Assembly: GCA_976551045.1 (NCBI GenBank)
Contig: CDPCPM010000092.1
Location: 1,054,001 to 1,118,000 of the forward strand
DNA from: Glaucostegus cemiculus
Lineage: Eukaryota
DNA: 64,000 nt
Direction of reading: 5' to 3'
A model generated the notes under the pieces. That model was given only the letters and a program-made list of their open reading frames with translations, ran no database searches and had not been told where the DNA came from. The stretch's first letter is position 1. Each line of letters begins with the position of its first letter. Shown piece after piece: positions 38,880 through 51,809 of the stretch. The translations under genes and the position numbers were made by a program.

Positions 38880-39725
38880 AGAGGTGGAGGTGTTCACTGA
38901 TGATTGTAGAACATTCAGTTTCATTCACAACTGCTCAGCAGTCCATGCCTCTATGCAGTAAGAATGAAACAACATTCAGGCATAGGCTGATAAAAGGCAA
39001 GTAACATTTATGCCACAGAACAGCCAGGCAACGGCTGGACTCAGGTGAGTGAGGTTGACATTTGATGGCATTACCATTGCCAAGACCCCCCACCATCAAT
39101 TTATGCAGCTAGTCCAGTTGAGCTTCTGGTTGATTCACCATTGCTGCATAAATTGGCCACAAGGGCAGGTCAGAGACTGGGTATTTTGGTGTGTTATTCA
39201 ACTCCTAACCTCCCAAGACCTTTCCACCATCTCTAGGGCGCAAATCAGGAGCATAATGGAATCCGCTCCACTTGTTCAGCATTATCCAGGACTAAGCAGC
39301 CCCTTAATAGGCACCTTGTCAACCACACTAAACATGCATACACATCACCAGTGCACAGTGGCTGCAGTGTGTGCCATCTACAAAGTGCACTTCACTTATT
39401 CTCCCAGCCTACTCTGACACCATCTCCCAAAATCTTGGCTTTTACTACAAACAGGACAAGGACAGCAGGTATGTTGGAACATCACACCCATAGGTTGGTC
39501 TCCACCATCCTGACTTGAAAGTATATTGCTGATCCTTCATCTTCAGTGGATTTGAATCCTGGAACTCTCTTCCCTACGGTACTCTGGGTGTAAATTCATC
39601 AGAAGGACTGGAGTGTTTCAAGAAGGTAGTTCATCTTCACCTTCAGCTTGTCAAGTGCAGCTAGGGATAGTCAATAGATGCTGGCCCTACAAGTGACTCC
39701 CAGATCCTGATAATGAATAAATAAA
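38880..39725 (+). mobile_element. CR1/L2-group LINE 3' fragment (degenerate)
   Basis: gtgttcactgatgattgt (FADD-like), AQIRSIMESAP peptide, 3' end aatgaataaataaa. Confidence 0.65.
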
Positions 39726-40482
39726 ACCCATACACATATTACAGAGTGGAACCTGCAGATGGCAGTGTTCCCATGTTGTACTTTGTGGTAAAAGAGAGGT
39801 GCTGTCAAAAAAGTGTATTCGTTAAAGTTAAATTCCCCAGGGAATTTGGTGTCAGGGAAAAATGTAAAATTATGCCTGGTTTTTGAGCTTCTTGTTCAGT
39901 TGCTTGACTACTCCCCCTATCTGAATGACCTCTGCTCACCTGTACACAGATTCTTAGGAGAAGAGCCATTTAATATTATTCCTAATTTGTGCCTTGGTAA
40001 GTACTATATTAAGTACAATTGCATGAGAATGACTTTTCTCTGAAATTTTGAAATCCAGAAAAAAAAGGAACAAATGGCACTAAAGTGGAGGTACATTGTA
40101 CCTCTGGGGTTTGGAGACACATGCTTGTTTTAAGTTTTAGGGTGTCTCTGTGTTTCTTTTGGAGAGGAGACTTATAAACATCATCCCAATGTAGGACTGC
40201 TCAATTGAGTTTACCAGTCTTATCAATAGCATTAACAGTGGAGTTTCTGGGGTGGACAAAACCCATGTGGAGATGCATCATCCTTTGAATTCTTAGAGCC
40301 TACACCGAATCTTAGGAATTTGGAAAGAAGGAGTAAGTGAAACAAAATAAGAATTTTGAATGGTTCCAAATTATAGCTGATCTTTTAATCATAATTTTAA
40401 TTAATATCTGATTATGAGTGAACTACATTTCCATTAGTTTTCCTGCTTGCTCATTTGTTTTGTTTATCTGCCCATCTTTTAG

Positions 40483-40639
40483 ATTTGCTACAATGCCCTG
40501 GATGTACCTCCTTTCAAGGTTCTTCACCAGTTCAGATACTGCTTTTATAACATATACTGCAATTAACTTAGTGCTGGGTCTTTGCACAATTCTTGCAGCC
40601 TACCTTCCTCGCTTTCTAGGACTTCTATCCAACAACGTG
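40483..40639 (+). CDS. ABCA13: ABCA13 exon (FATMPWMYLLSRFF...LLSNNV)
   Basis: tttag| and |gtacgt, 157 nt, phase 2-0. Confidence 0.92.
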
Positions 40640-41322
40640 GTACGTAAGAAAAACTTAAAATGATTAATAAATCATCTATCATTAGAAAAATTGTGATGGA
40701 CCAAATTGAATTCTGAAAATTTCTACAAAAAATCAAAGGTGAAGAATTAGTTGGGTCGCAAATTAGTTCCGAATAGTTCAGTTCACATCATAATGCCTTG
40801 ATGTCTTTTTATTTTAAAGTGTTAGCCTGTTCTTAAAAAGAATGAATAATAATAATGTTGCTACATAAAAACTATTGTTTTGAAATTTTGACTTAGGCCT
40901 CAGAGTAACACTGCAGAACAAAAACCTAAAAGATTGTATTACCAACCTAATCAATGAAATTAATTCCCTTAAACTTTTAGTAATGATGAACCTAACCCAT
41001 TTGATTGCATCATTTTGGAATATTGACTTTTCTATTACTAATTATAGATTATTTTTAAGTCAGCTAAGTGTAGCATGCAGATCACAACTTTAAAAGCAGA
41101 GGGAAATTTATAAAACGTATGCAACAATATTGTCGGGTGTCAGGCAGGGTAAAGAGATTAAGTGAGAATAAGTAATTAATATGAAGAGAATTGATGTAGA
41201 AAAGGTGGTGGATAGTTGAATATAATTAATAGGTTAATTAATAAATATGCTGCCAAAAAATAGTATTTTAACTGCAGAGATAATACCCGTACACTGCGTT
41301 TCTCTCTCTCTCTCTCCTGCAG

Positions 41323-41576
41323 CATTTACTGAACATTTACAGTACACTTCGCTGGGCATTCATCATCTTCCCACAGTTCTGTCTGTCATTTGGATTGATA
41401 GAACTATCCTACAATCAGCTGAAATTTGATCTCACTGAGGATTTTGGGATCGATTCCTACATGAGTCCATTTAAGATGGAATACCTTGGCTGGGTCTTTG
41501 TCGCAATAACACTGGAAGGATGCTTTTTCTTCTTAATTCGACTCCTGTTCCAAGGACAAATATTACACAAGCTCAG
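41323..41576 (+). CDS. ABCA13: ABCA13 exon (HLLNIYSTLRWAFIIFPQFCL...ILHKL)
   Basis: (ct)n cctgcag| and |gtatga, 254 nt, phase 0-2. Confidence 0.94.
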
Positions 41577-42096
41577 GTATGATAGTCCATTTGGCCCTTT
41601 TATAATTTTTAAAGGATAGATGCAACTGTAGATGCAAATCAAGATAAAATAAGAAATTGGCAAATTCCAATGCTTAGGGAAAATAACACAAAACTAAATA
41701 TGGCATTTGGATCATCAAGCTTGCTCTTCCTCAGATGATCTTCTCTGTCATATTGAGTCCATGCTGTGATGAACTTCATCCTGTTTGTTCAATCTTAACG
41801 GTCTTGGAAGATTCACCTGGTATGAAATATCCACTGCCTTTCTTTTCACTTGCCCCAGCAGTTGGGGAACTAGTTGGAAAGAAATTTGTATGAGTCTGTT
41901 TTGAAGCCCAGGGTAGTTAATGTTTTACATCATATGAGTACAATTAGTAGATCAAATTGGTCAGGAGAAGCAGGCTGGCATTGCTACTCATGCTGGTATT
42001 TGATGGTCACCATGATTGGGCACTTGAATATTGGGCTTTTGAGAATGTTAAAGGCAGCCTATAGCTTTTTGAAGGGAAGGTATTGGCAAACCACTG

Positions 42097-42786
42097 GAAC
42101 ATAGAACATAGATACCTACAGCACAATTCAGGCCCTTCGGCCCACAAAGCTGTGCCGAACATGTCCCCACACTAGTAGGCATACCCATAGCCTTCTATCT
42201 TATTTACCTCCATGTACCTATCCAACAGTCTCTTGAAAGACCCTAACGTATCCGCCTCCACCACCATCTCTGGCAGCCCATTCCACGCACTCACCACTCT
42301 CTGAGTAAAAAACTTACCCCTAACATCTCCCCCATATCTTCCCCCCAGCACCTTAAACCTACGTCCTCTTGTGGCCACCATTTCAGCCCTGGGGAAAAGC
42401 ATCCGACTATCTACCCTATCCGTACCTCTCAACATCTTATACACCTCAATCAGGTCCGCCCCATCCTCCTTCTCTCCAAGGAGAAAAGGCCAAGTTCCCG
42501 CAACCTGCTCTCATAAGGCATGCTTCTTATCCCAGGCAGCATCCTTGTAAACCTCCTCTGCACCCTCTCTATAGCTTCCGCATCCTTCCTGTAGTGAGGT
42601 GACCAGAACTGAACACAATACTCCAGGTGGGGTCTGACCAGGGACCTATACAACTGAAGTAGTACCTCCCTACTCCTAAGTTCAATCCCTCGACCAATGA
42701 AGGACAATACACCATATGCCTTCCTAACCACAGAGTCAACCTGCGCAGCCACCTTGAGCGTCCTATGGACTCGGACCCCAAGATCC
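42097..42786 (-). mobile_element. CR1 LINE 3' ~0.7 kb (well-preserved subfamily)
   Basis: Minus ORFs LVRPHLEYCVQFWSP and FFTQRVVSAWNGLP; (aacatag)n tail. Confidence 0.92.
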
Positions 42787-43010
42787 GGAGTAAGTTGTCA
42801 GTTCTTTAGGCTGAATCTGATTCATAGTAACAGAACCTAATAGCACTGACAGCTTTACTGGGAACTTAAACTGCTGCTGTCATAACTCACGTTTGAGTAT
42901 TTTCTTATTTTTTTCAGTCCTTAAGGGGAGCATGTATTAAAGTGTGGATTGGAGATTCCAGTACATTGATGCATTCTTTGTACTCTCTTCAGGCAGAATA
43001 GTCAACATAT

Positions 43011-45667
43011 CCTTTATCCTTTAAAGGATAAAGATCCCACCGATTGTGCATCGTACTGGCCTATCTCTTTATTAAATGTAGATTTTAAAATATTTTCCAA
43101 ACTATTGGCCCTTAGGCTGGAAAAAGTTCTCCCACAAATCATTTCTGAAGATCAGACAGGATTAATCCAGAATCGTTATTTACATTTTAATATTAGGAGA
43201 TTAGTGAATATTATATATACTCCTTCATTTCGAATTCCAGAATGTGTTGTTTCTCTAGATGCTGAAAAAGCATTTGACAGAGTTGAATGGGATTATCTAT
43301 TCACCACACTTCAAAAATTTAATTTCAGCCCTAAATTTATATCTGCGATTAAAATGATTTATTATACACCAATGGCTTCAGTACTCACTAATAATCAAAG
43401 ATCTCCTTTTTTTAGGCTCTCTCGTGGTACTAGGCAAGGTTGTCCGTGAAGCCCCTTATTATTCGATATTGCTTTAGAACCTTTGGCTATTGCAATCCGA
43501 GACTCTTTAAATATACGCGGTATTATTCATGGACAGAAGACTCATAAGATATCTCTTTAAGCAGATGACTTATTACTTTATATTTCTAATCCAGACGAAT
43601 CGATCCCCGCAGTACTATTATTATTAGATCAATTCAGTGGTTTTTCTGGTTATAGACTAAATCTTAATAAGAGTGAACTTTTTCCACCGAATATGAAAAC
43701 CTCAATTTATAGCCAGTTACCCTTTAGATTGGTAACTGATTATTTTATGCATTAAAATTACTAATAAACATAAGGATTTATTTAAAGCTAATTTTTTACA
43801 CCTTTGTTTGACCAAGTTAAACAATCGCTTACTAAATGGTCTCCACTGTCTTTATCATTGGTAGGCCGAATTAATGCAATTAAGATGAATATCTTACCAA
43901 AATTTTTATTTATTTCAAGCGATTCCAATTTTTATCCCAAAGTCTTTTTTTGACAAGGTTGATTCTAAAATTCTTTCATATGTTTGGCAGAACAAGAATC
44001 TAAGACTAAGTAAGAAATATTTACAAAAATTGAAAAAGGATGGTGGTATGGCCTTGCCTAATTTTAGATTATATTATTGGGCAATCAACATCAGATATTT
44101 AATTTTTTGGACACAAGACTTAAATGTTATTCAATGCCCTAAATGGGTACACCTTGAGTATCAATCAACACTTGATTTTTCGTTATTCTCTATTTTAGGA
44201 GCTTCACTCCCTTTTGCACTTACCAAATTAAGAAAATATATGACTAACCCAATCATTAAACATACATTGTGAATATGGTTTCAATTTCGTAAATTCTTTG
44301 GATTGACTAAATTTGTTTTGTCAAGTCCTATACAATCTAATTTTTTTTCAACCATCTAGACTAGATACAGCTTTTTCTTTATGGAAAAGGAAGGGAATAG
44401 TATGCTTTCGTGATCTATTCATTGGTAACTGTTTTGCATCTTTTGAACAGGTGCCTAATAAATATAATTTACCTAGATCACATTTTTTTCGATATTTGCA
44501 GATTAGAAATTTTTTTAAAGCTACTATACCCTCCTTTCCATTTCTTTATAAAGACAAAATCATTGATAAAATTTTAGGTTTTAATCCCCATCAGAAGGGC
44601 TTGACAGCAATAATTTATGATTTAATTATGAAAATACGGTCAGATTCACTGGACAAAATTTAAAATGATTGGGAAAGTGAACTCCAGATATCTATATCTA
44701 CAGAGACTTGGAAGAAAATTCTTCATTTAGTTAATACATCCTCAATGTGTGCCAGACACTCATTGATACAGTTTAAAGTTGTGCACAGAGCCTATATGTC
44801 CAAAGATAAGCTAGCTTGTTTTTATGACCGTATAAACCCTATATGTGACAGATGTAAATCGAACATGGCTTCTTTGTCGCATATGTTTTGGTCCTGTCCT
44901 TATTTGGAAAAATATTGGAAAGACATTTTTAATATTATTTCAGATGTATTGAAGATTGATTTACAACCTCACCCTATTACTGCAATTTTTGGATTACCAT
45001 GGATAAAGTCTGGCCGTTTACCTGCTTCTGCTAACCATATGATTGCTTTTGTTACATTGATGGCCAAACGAGCCATTCTGCTTAAATGGAAGGATCCAAT
45101 ACCCCCTACCACCTTTCAATGGTTCTCTCAAACTATATCATGTCTTAATTTGGAAAAAATTAGGAGTGCTACTGTTGATTCTTCACTTAAATTTGAAGCT
45201 ATTTGGAGTCCATTTATTCAATACTTTCATATGATGTAGTTTCTCCTTCTATAACTTTTTTAAAAAATTCAGACAAACTGAGCTGATGACATCATATTGT
45301 TCTATTTCTATTGAAAATTTTAGCCCTTTTTTTTTCCTTGTTTTGTTGTTTTTTTCATTTTTTCAATTCATTTTCGGTTTAATTTACTCTATATTATTAT
45401 GATTTTTTTTATTGATTTGGGTTTTTGTTTTGTTTTTTTTCCTAATTATATAACAAACCTTTTTATTTTCTATCTTTTACATTACACTTATGAACCGAGA
45501 GATTGTTGGAACTTTCTTTTATATATATCATACTTTATTGCTTTTTTTTATGATTACCTACGATTGTTATTTGATATTTCTATAATACATGTGTAAACAT
45601 TGTTGTTATATACCTTAACCTGTATTGATTTGTTATCAATAAAAAAGATTGAAAAAGAAAGAAAGAA
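43011..45667 (+). mobile_element. L1-clade LINE, 5'-truncated ORF2 plus 3' UTR, 16-bp TSD
   Basis: PISLLNVD, LDAEKAFDRVEW, GTRQGCP, *ADD, GGMALPNF, CCHC motif CDRC...HMFWSC; T-rich UTR, AATAAA, (GAAA)n; TSD agaatagtcaacatat at 42995-43010 and 45668-45683. Confidence 0.93.
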
Positions 45668-46568
45668 AGAATAGTCAACATATAGAGATGCAGCATCGAA
45701 TTTGTGGGAGAGACTTCTAGTGTCCTTTCTTGGTGTGAGAGCACACCCAGTTTCCTTGCAATCTCCTCCCACTGTGTTTATTAGTTCCACACATGGCCAG
45801 CTGGGTCAGACTGCCTTGGCTGATGCTGAAACCCACCCAGCTGTAAATGGGGTCTCCAGCCAGTGGCTGCTTGAAAACAGCCACCATGGACATTTCATGT
45901 AGTTTCAGTGAACAATCAGCATTCTTCTACCTCTAAGGCTCCTGCAAAAGGACAAATAAGCACAAAGGGCAGGCAGTAAGGGATTACATCTGAATGATTT
46001 TTATTTAGGATTGCACATAAATATTAAGGGAAGGCAACATCTATTCAATTCACAATATGAAATATAAAGATTTGAGTGTTGAAAATCTTTCAGAGGATGG
46101 GTGAAGGGAGTGAGTCATATGTTAGAACTATTGGTGTCGGTCAGTGGAATGAGCTTTCATTGGTGAACTATTCCTCAATAAAGTATTGCCTTTCATCTCT
46201 GGCATTTGGCAGTACTGATTGTCCTTGAGCATTTCCATCCTTTTTCTTACACATCCACATCTTTATCTTGTGGCATTTGTGAGACTTGGACCTCTAAATG
46301 GCATTCTTGTTTAGCAGGCTATAAATGATAATGAATTTGGAAATTTCCTCAGATTCAAGATTGGTCAGGATACTGAACACTTGCATTAAGAAGACCAGTG
46401 TAAGTGCAGATGCTGAATTCAGTCCAAAATAGCACCTTTTAGTCCAGACTGTTGCATTTTTGAATCAGTTTCCTCTTTACTTTGAGTACTGAGTTAGTCA
46501 GTGAATCTTTAATAGTGCTCCAAGTAAAGAAAAAAATACATCTAGTTTTATGTTACTTCATTGTTCAG

Positions 46569-46758
46569 GTTCAAGGATTCAATGGATGGTGCAAAGGATG
46601 ATGAGGATGAAGATGTGAAACGGGAATGTCAACGGGTTCTGAATGGAGAAGCAAGCAATGATGTTATACGGATTCACAATCTAAAGAAATCTTACCATTT
46701 TCTAAACAAAAATGTTAAAGCTGTAAGAGGAATCACCATGGGAGTTCCTATAGGAGAG
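46569..46758 (+). CDS. ABCA13: ABCA13 exon (FKDS...EDEDVKRE...GVPIGE)
   Basis: ttcag| and |gtacat, 190 nt, phase 2-0. Confidence 0.92.
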
Positions 46759-47860
46759 GTACATGTAAAAGCTATTTTTCAAAGTATCTTGTCCAATAAC
46801 ATTGTCATTTTTAATTCCCTCAGTCAACCCAACATCTCTTTGGCTATTAAATGTGTTTAACTTCTTTTCCTCCTTAAGGTTTCATAAGCCTATGCATAGT
46901 TGTTTTTAAGAACCTCTGTTGGATGTAATTTGTACTATTATATATGAAGTTGTAGTGTAATATTAGTAATGATTCTTGTTCATAAGAAGTCAATTTTCAT
47001 GCTATTTTCAAGAAATTCAATAATACTCATCCATCCAGCAATCAGCTCAAAGGAATAATTTAATATGTTTTTTCCTAATTTGAACTGTTCAAGTTCACTC
47101 AGATTATTCTATAATGTCCATAGATTCTTCTGTGTTACTCTTTAGCAAACCAAATAACAAGGATAGCACTTCTAGCCGTGCACTTTTTATTGATGGTAAG
47201 TAACACAGCTAACAATAGTGGCTGATATAACAACATATTAGAAGACATACATGGTGCACATAGTTCTCAAAGTTATTTGTACACCTAAAATAATACCTAA
47301 TCTTTCAAAGATAATCCTTTTGGAAGGATCGTAAAATTACAGAGGAGCAACACAAGTTGTCTTTGTCTGATCTGATTCTATATATGTGCAACAATTACCC
47401 ATGTCTCAGATTTTTAAACTGCATATTTTCTTTTCCACCTAATCTCCCAATCTTTTGTTTTTTTTTCCTAAATACATTTGAGAAATGCAGTTAATAGACA
47501 CCTTTGTATTTATAAAATATATAAGAAGTGAAAGGTAATGGTGTCCACTTCCATATCACGGCTGGAAGAACTTTGCATGGCCTGAATTTTGGGATAATGA
47601 CAGAGATTGGTTCCTGGAGTCTTTGCCTGCTGAATGAGATCTCAACAATAAACTTGATTTCAGTAAGGAGAAAATGTAAATGTTTGAAATTTTATCTTAG
47701 TTATTGTAGATGAGGAAATAGGGAAATAATCTGGAGCTTGGACAAAGCCTATTTAATGCTGGATTCATTAGGGGTGTATTTGACTTAGCAATGTGAAATT
47801 TGCACTTGCTTCTGTTTTTGAATTCTAAACATTACATTTCAACAATTCTTTTTGTGTTAG

Positions 47861-47970
47861 TGCTTTGGTCTCCTGGGTGTGAATGGAGCTGGGAAAACTT
47901 CCACATTCAAGATTCTGACAGGAGATATAGGACCATCTTCAGGACATGCAACTATTAGGACTCTTGCAGG
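47861..47970 (+). CDS. ABCA13: ABCA13 exon, NBD2 Walker A ([22 protein letters not shown])
   Basis: gttag| and |gtaatt, 110 nt, phase 0-2; not in ORF track. Confidence 0.96.
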
Positions 47971-48685
47971 GTAATTATGTCTCTTAAACTTCACGCCTTA
48001 AAGTTAGATGACAATTGACCATTTCAGATCCATTTCTGCTATACAAGTTCTATATAACCAAGGTTTCACTGGTGATTACTTTTGTAATTATTTACTTGAA
48101 GCAAGAGTAGCATTATGTTTGCACTTTTCCAAAGGAGCAGCATAATTTTTCATTTTCTACATTTTTATTTAGGTTATCACTATTTCTGTAGCTTTCAATT
48201 CTTTTTTCATTGGCCTTAATTTAGTTAAAATTTAATTAGCTACTGAATGGCATAATACATAAACACATTGTTGCTAGACTTTTACCTCTATGATGAAAAG
48301 GTCCTTTCTGCCAACATTAAAGGTTTCAAACAAAGTAGGATTCATTAGATTTTTTAATTGTTATTGAGCCCAATCAGTTTTACAATTAGTTACCCATCTC
48401 ACTCAGAGGTTGTGATGGTTTGGTCAGGATTACTGTTCTAGATTTGAACTTTAAAATACCAGGTACAGAACCTGTGCTCAGTAACAGGGTGCAGTGGCCA
48501 TTCCGTGTTAAAAGAAACCATGCAAGGGCTCCATGATTGAAGTTTGAGATTTGGAATGTTGGATGGACAATCTCACCAGAAACAGATCTGATCATCATTC
48601 TGCTATCATAGCTCAGTAACTCAGACTCTTTGACAATAATGTTGCCACACTGAATGACATACATCATCCATTTTGAAGAACAAAG

Positions 48686-49678
48686 TAGTGGATACGCCTT
48701 CTCCTACAGGAGCAAATTGGTAAAGGAACACAGGGTGAGTTTTGCCATCTAGATGCACTAGCCTAACATCTCAGCAACTCTCCTTACAGAATTAGTGAAT
48801 ACCTTATGACCCTTTAGTTCACTTAACATGGAGTCAATATGCAACAGTCCATCACAGTTTTAGCCCCAACTCTGGTAACTTTAGATGATGGCCAAGGAAT
48901 GTTACTCCAAGCTTAAAAAATGTGGAGCACTTCCCAAATCTGCAGAGCCACCTCTCAGCAACTGCAGACATCAATAATGAAATTAAATGCTGTCTTCAAC
49001 GCACCATTGCAGCCTTTGGTCAATTGAAGAAGATCAAGACCATAGACTTGGCACAAAATTCATGCTTTACCAGGCAGCAGTGATCCCTACCCTCCTACGT
49101 GCTTTGAGACCTTGACTATGAAGAAGCTTCTCAAGACACTAGAACAAGCTACCAATGCTGTCTCCACAAAATCCTCTAAATTTATGGGAAGGATAAGTGA
49201 ATAAAGGTCAGCATTCTATCCCAGGCCAACTCTCAATCATCAATGTTGGGCCAGCTATGTTGTTCACATACCAAGTACCAGGATCCAAAAACAGACACTC
49301 TGTTCTGTGCTCTGTCATGGGAGGAAATCACTCTCTAGAAAGAGACAAAGACTCAAGCATGTGCACAAATCTTCCTTGAATGTCCAACATACTGATTAAC
49401 TCCAGGAAATCTCTAACCCCTGGCTGCTGACATTGGAGAAAGAACATTTGGGGTGGTATTGAGAATGTTGAGGACATGCATTGGGAGGATTTAGAGGAAG
49501 GACTGCACTGTATCACCAGCTCTTCAACCACCTTCCCATCAGCCACCTTCTATCCCACCTGTGGAAGAGTCTGTGGTTCCCACATTGGCCTCATTAGCCA
49601 CCTCAGAATCCACAGAACTAGAGTGGAAGTAAGTCATCCTTGATCTTGAGGTACTGCTAAAGCAAAAGAAGAAGAAGA
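48686..49678 (+). mobile_element. RTE-clade (BovB/Expander-like) LINE, degenerate, internally deleted
   Basis: 5' endonuclease-like relic, AAFGQL and YQAAVIPTLL peptides, C-terminal TCGRVCGSHIGLISHLRIH zinc finger, (GAA)n tail. Confidence 0.75.
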
Positions 49679-49829
49679 GGCTAGTCTAACCTCTGACCTG
49701 ATATTGCTTTGTACCAAATGGTATACAGATAGCATTGACTCCAGGCACTTGAATGTGCACTCATTTTCATGAATAAAATTTTTAATGTATTGTGCCAAAG
49801 ACAGCTCCAATACTGATAACCCTGCTCCG

Positions 49830-49963
49830 ATACCGATGCAAGGGTTTTGACTCAAAACGTCACCAATTCCTTTCCACCTACAGGTGCTGTTCGACCTGCT
49901 GAGTTCCTCCAGCAGATTGTTTGTTGATCCAGATTCCAGGGTCTGCAGTCTCTTGCGTCTCCA
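49830..49963 (+). mobile_element. Penelope-like terminal repeat with decayed hammerhead-like motif
   Basis: CCGATGCA AGGGTTTTGACTC AAAACGTC plus tail gacctgctgagttcctccagca. Confidence 0.7.
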
Positions 49964-50212
49964 ATGCAGTTAATTTTGCTCCAAACCTAACTAACACAAG
50001 GCATGCTGTAAAGTGGCTTTGGCAGCTGGGCTGAATTTTCTATGCCTTTCTAAATGTACTTTGTATCCTATTTTAAAAACTAAAAAAAACATTCCAATTA
50101 GGGAAATTTTCTATGTGGAATTTAATTTGCTGTTGCCTGGTTACTATAAGAGTTTCCATTTTCTTCATGGCATAACATAAATAGCAACAGTGGAGACCAT
50201 TTTCATCTTTGA

Positions 50213-50686
50213 TCACTGTAGAGGTGTGTTAAAGCCCAGTGTGCTCAACTTCCCAATCAGCTGTTGTGGGATGATGGTGTTGAATGCAGAGCTGAAGTCA
50301 ATGAACAGTAGTCTAACATATGAATCTTTCTTTTCTAAATGGGATAGTGCTGAATGCAGGGCAGAGGAAACCGCATCATCTGTGGACCTGTTAGCCCGAT
50401 ATGCATATTGATGGGGATCCATGGTTGGGGGAAGGATGGATCTGATGTGCCTCATGACTAGCCTCTCAAAGCATTTCATAATAATGGGTGATAGAGCTAT
50501 GGGACGGTAGTCATTCAGACTAACTGCAGGGGACTTCTTTGGTACTGGTATGATAGTAGCAGATTTGAGGCACTTCGGGACAACAGCCTGCTGCAAGGAG
50601 GTGTTAAAGATGTCTGCGAGGACATCTTTCAGCTGGTCCGCACAATCCCTAAGTACCCGCCCCGGTATGTTGTCCTGCAGCCTTTT
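50213..50686 (-). mobile_element. Rex1/Babar RT segment (inverted 5' part)
   Basis: [49 protein letters not shown]. Confidence 0.92.
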
Positions 50687-51188
50687 GAGGGCGGAGAAGA
50701 TCATAGGTGTCTCTCTGCCCTCTATTGAAGATATATATAAGGATTGATGTGTTAGAAAGGCCACAAATATAATGTTGGACCCTTCTCACTCCTCCTACCA
50801 TCTCTTCACACTCTTGCCGTCTGGAAGAAGGCTCAAGTCCATCCGGGCAAGGACAACGAGACTGTGCAATAGCTTCTTCACACAAGCTATTAGAACTGTG
50901 AACTCCCTCATCACTCCCGCCAACACTAAAGGATGCTAGGCATACAGAAACGCACCAGCACTTTAAATATCCGCTGTCAGTACGCTCACTTTAAGATTAT
51001 TTATTTAAGTTGTATAATTTAATTTTGTGGTTCTAATGTTTTTAGTGTCTTTCTGTTTTTGTGTTTCTCAGTGTCAGTTTCTCTTTTTTTAATGTGACGT
51101 GCACCTTGACCTGTAGAGTACGGTATTTCGCTCCTATGCATACTGTATGTGTATATAGTAGTGATAATAAAACTGATTCTGATTCTGC
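50687..51188 (+). mobile_element. Rex1/Babar 3' segment
   Basis: [11 protein letters not shown]...LPSGRRL...NSFF; 3' UTR homologous to 2870-3160; AATAAAA(CTGATT)n tail. Confidence 0.9.
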
Positions 51189-51298
51189 TGTTTAATACCT
51201 GCAAGGGAACCATCCACTGGTTGAACTCCTCTCCCTGAATTCCGCTCCAATAACTTCATTTTTTCCCTCTGTGGCATGTTCACCTCCTTTATAACTAG

Positions 51299-51449
51299 GA
51301 CCGAACAAGACATTGTGGGTAGCAGTATTGATGGGACCCTGATTGGCTACTGTCCCCAGTATGATGCGTTGGATGATCTATTGACTGGTTGGGAGCACCT
51401 GTACTACTATGCTAGAATCCGTGGCACGCCTGAAAAGATGATCAAGAAA
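51299..51449 (+). CDS. ABCA13: ABCA13 exon, NBD2 Q-loop ([20 protein letters not shown])
   Basis: actag| and |gtgagt, 151 nt, phase 2-0. Confidence 0.94.
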
Positions 51450-51585
51450 GTGAGTCACTATAAAAACTGTATTTATAAAATGTTGTTCATTTAGCCTATT
51501 GCATTTGTTTTTATGCTGCTTTCTTCAGTAAAGTTGTCTACTTTAATATCTTTCCTTGCTCATTCCCAGGATATGAATGGACTAA

Positions 51586-51740
51586 ATTAGTAAATTATTA
51601 TTATCACATGTACCGAGGTACAGTGAAAAAGTTTTGCATACCATCCATATATGTCATTTCATCACATCAGTGCATTGAGGTAGTACAAGGGAAAAGCAAT
51701 AACAGAATATAGAATAAAGTGTTACAGTTACAGAGAAAGT
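51586..51740 (-). mobile_element. Retroposon 3' end with terminal stem-loop (clade uncertain)
   Basis: Minus strand tttcactgtacctcggtacatgtgataataataa. Confidence 0.55.
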
Positions 51741-51809
51741 CACAGAGACCATGTGTTTGCCCTTCAAAATGAAACTGTATGAATGCCAGAAATGAGCACG
51801 TACATCTTC

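Noticed and set aside
50213-50764. 183-aa minus ORF as a novel RT-fusion protein
   Set aside because: Its first ~30 residues are antisense read-through across the Rex1 inversion junction, and the RT lacks the catalytic FADD motif.
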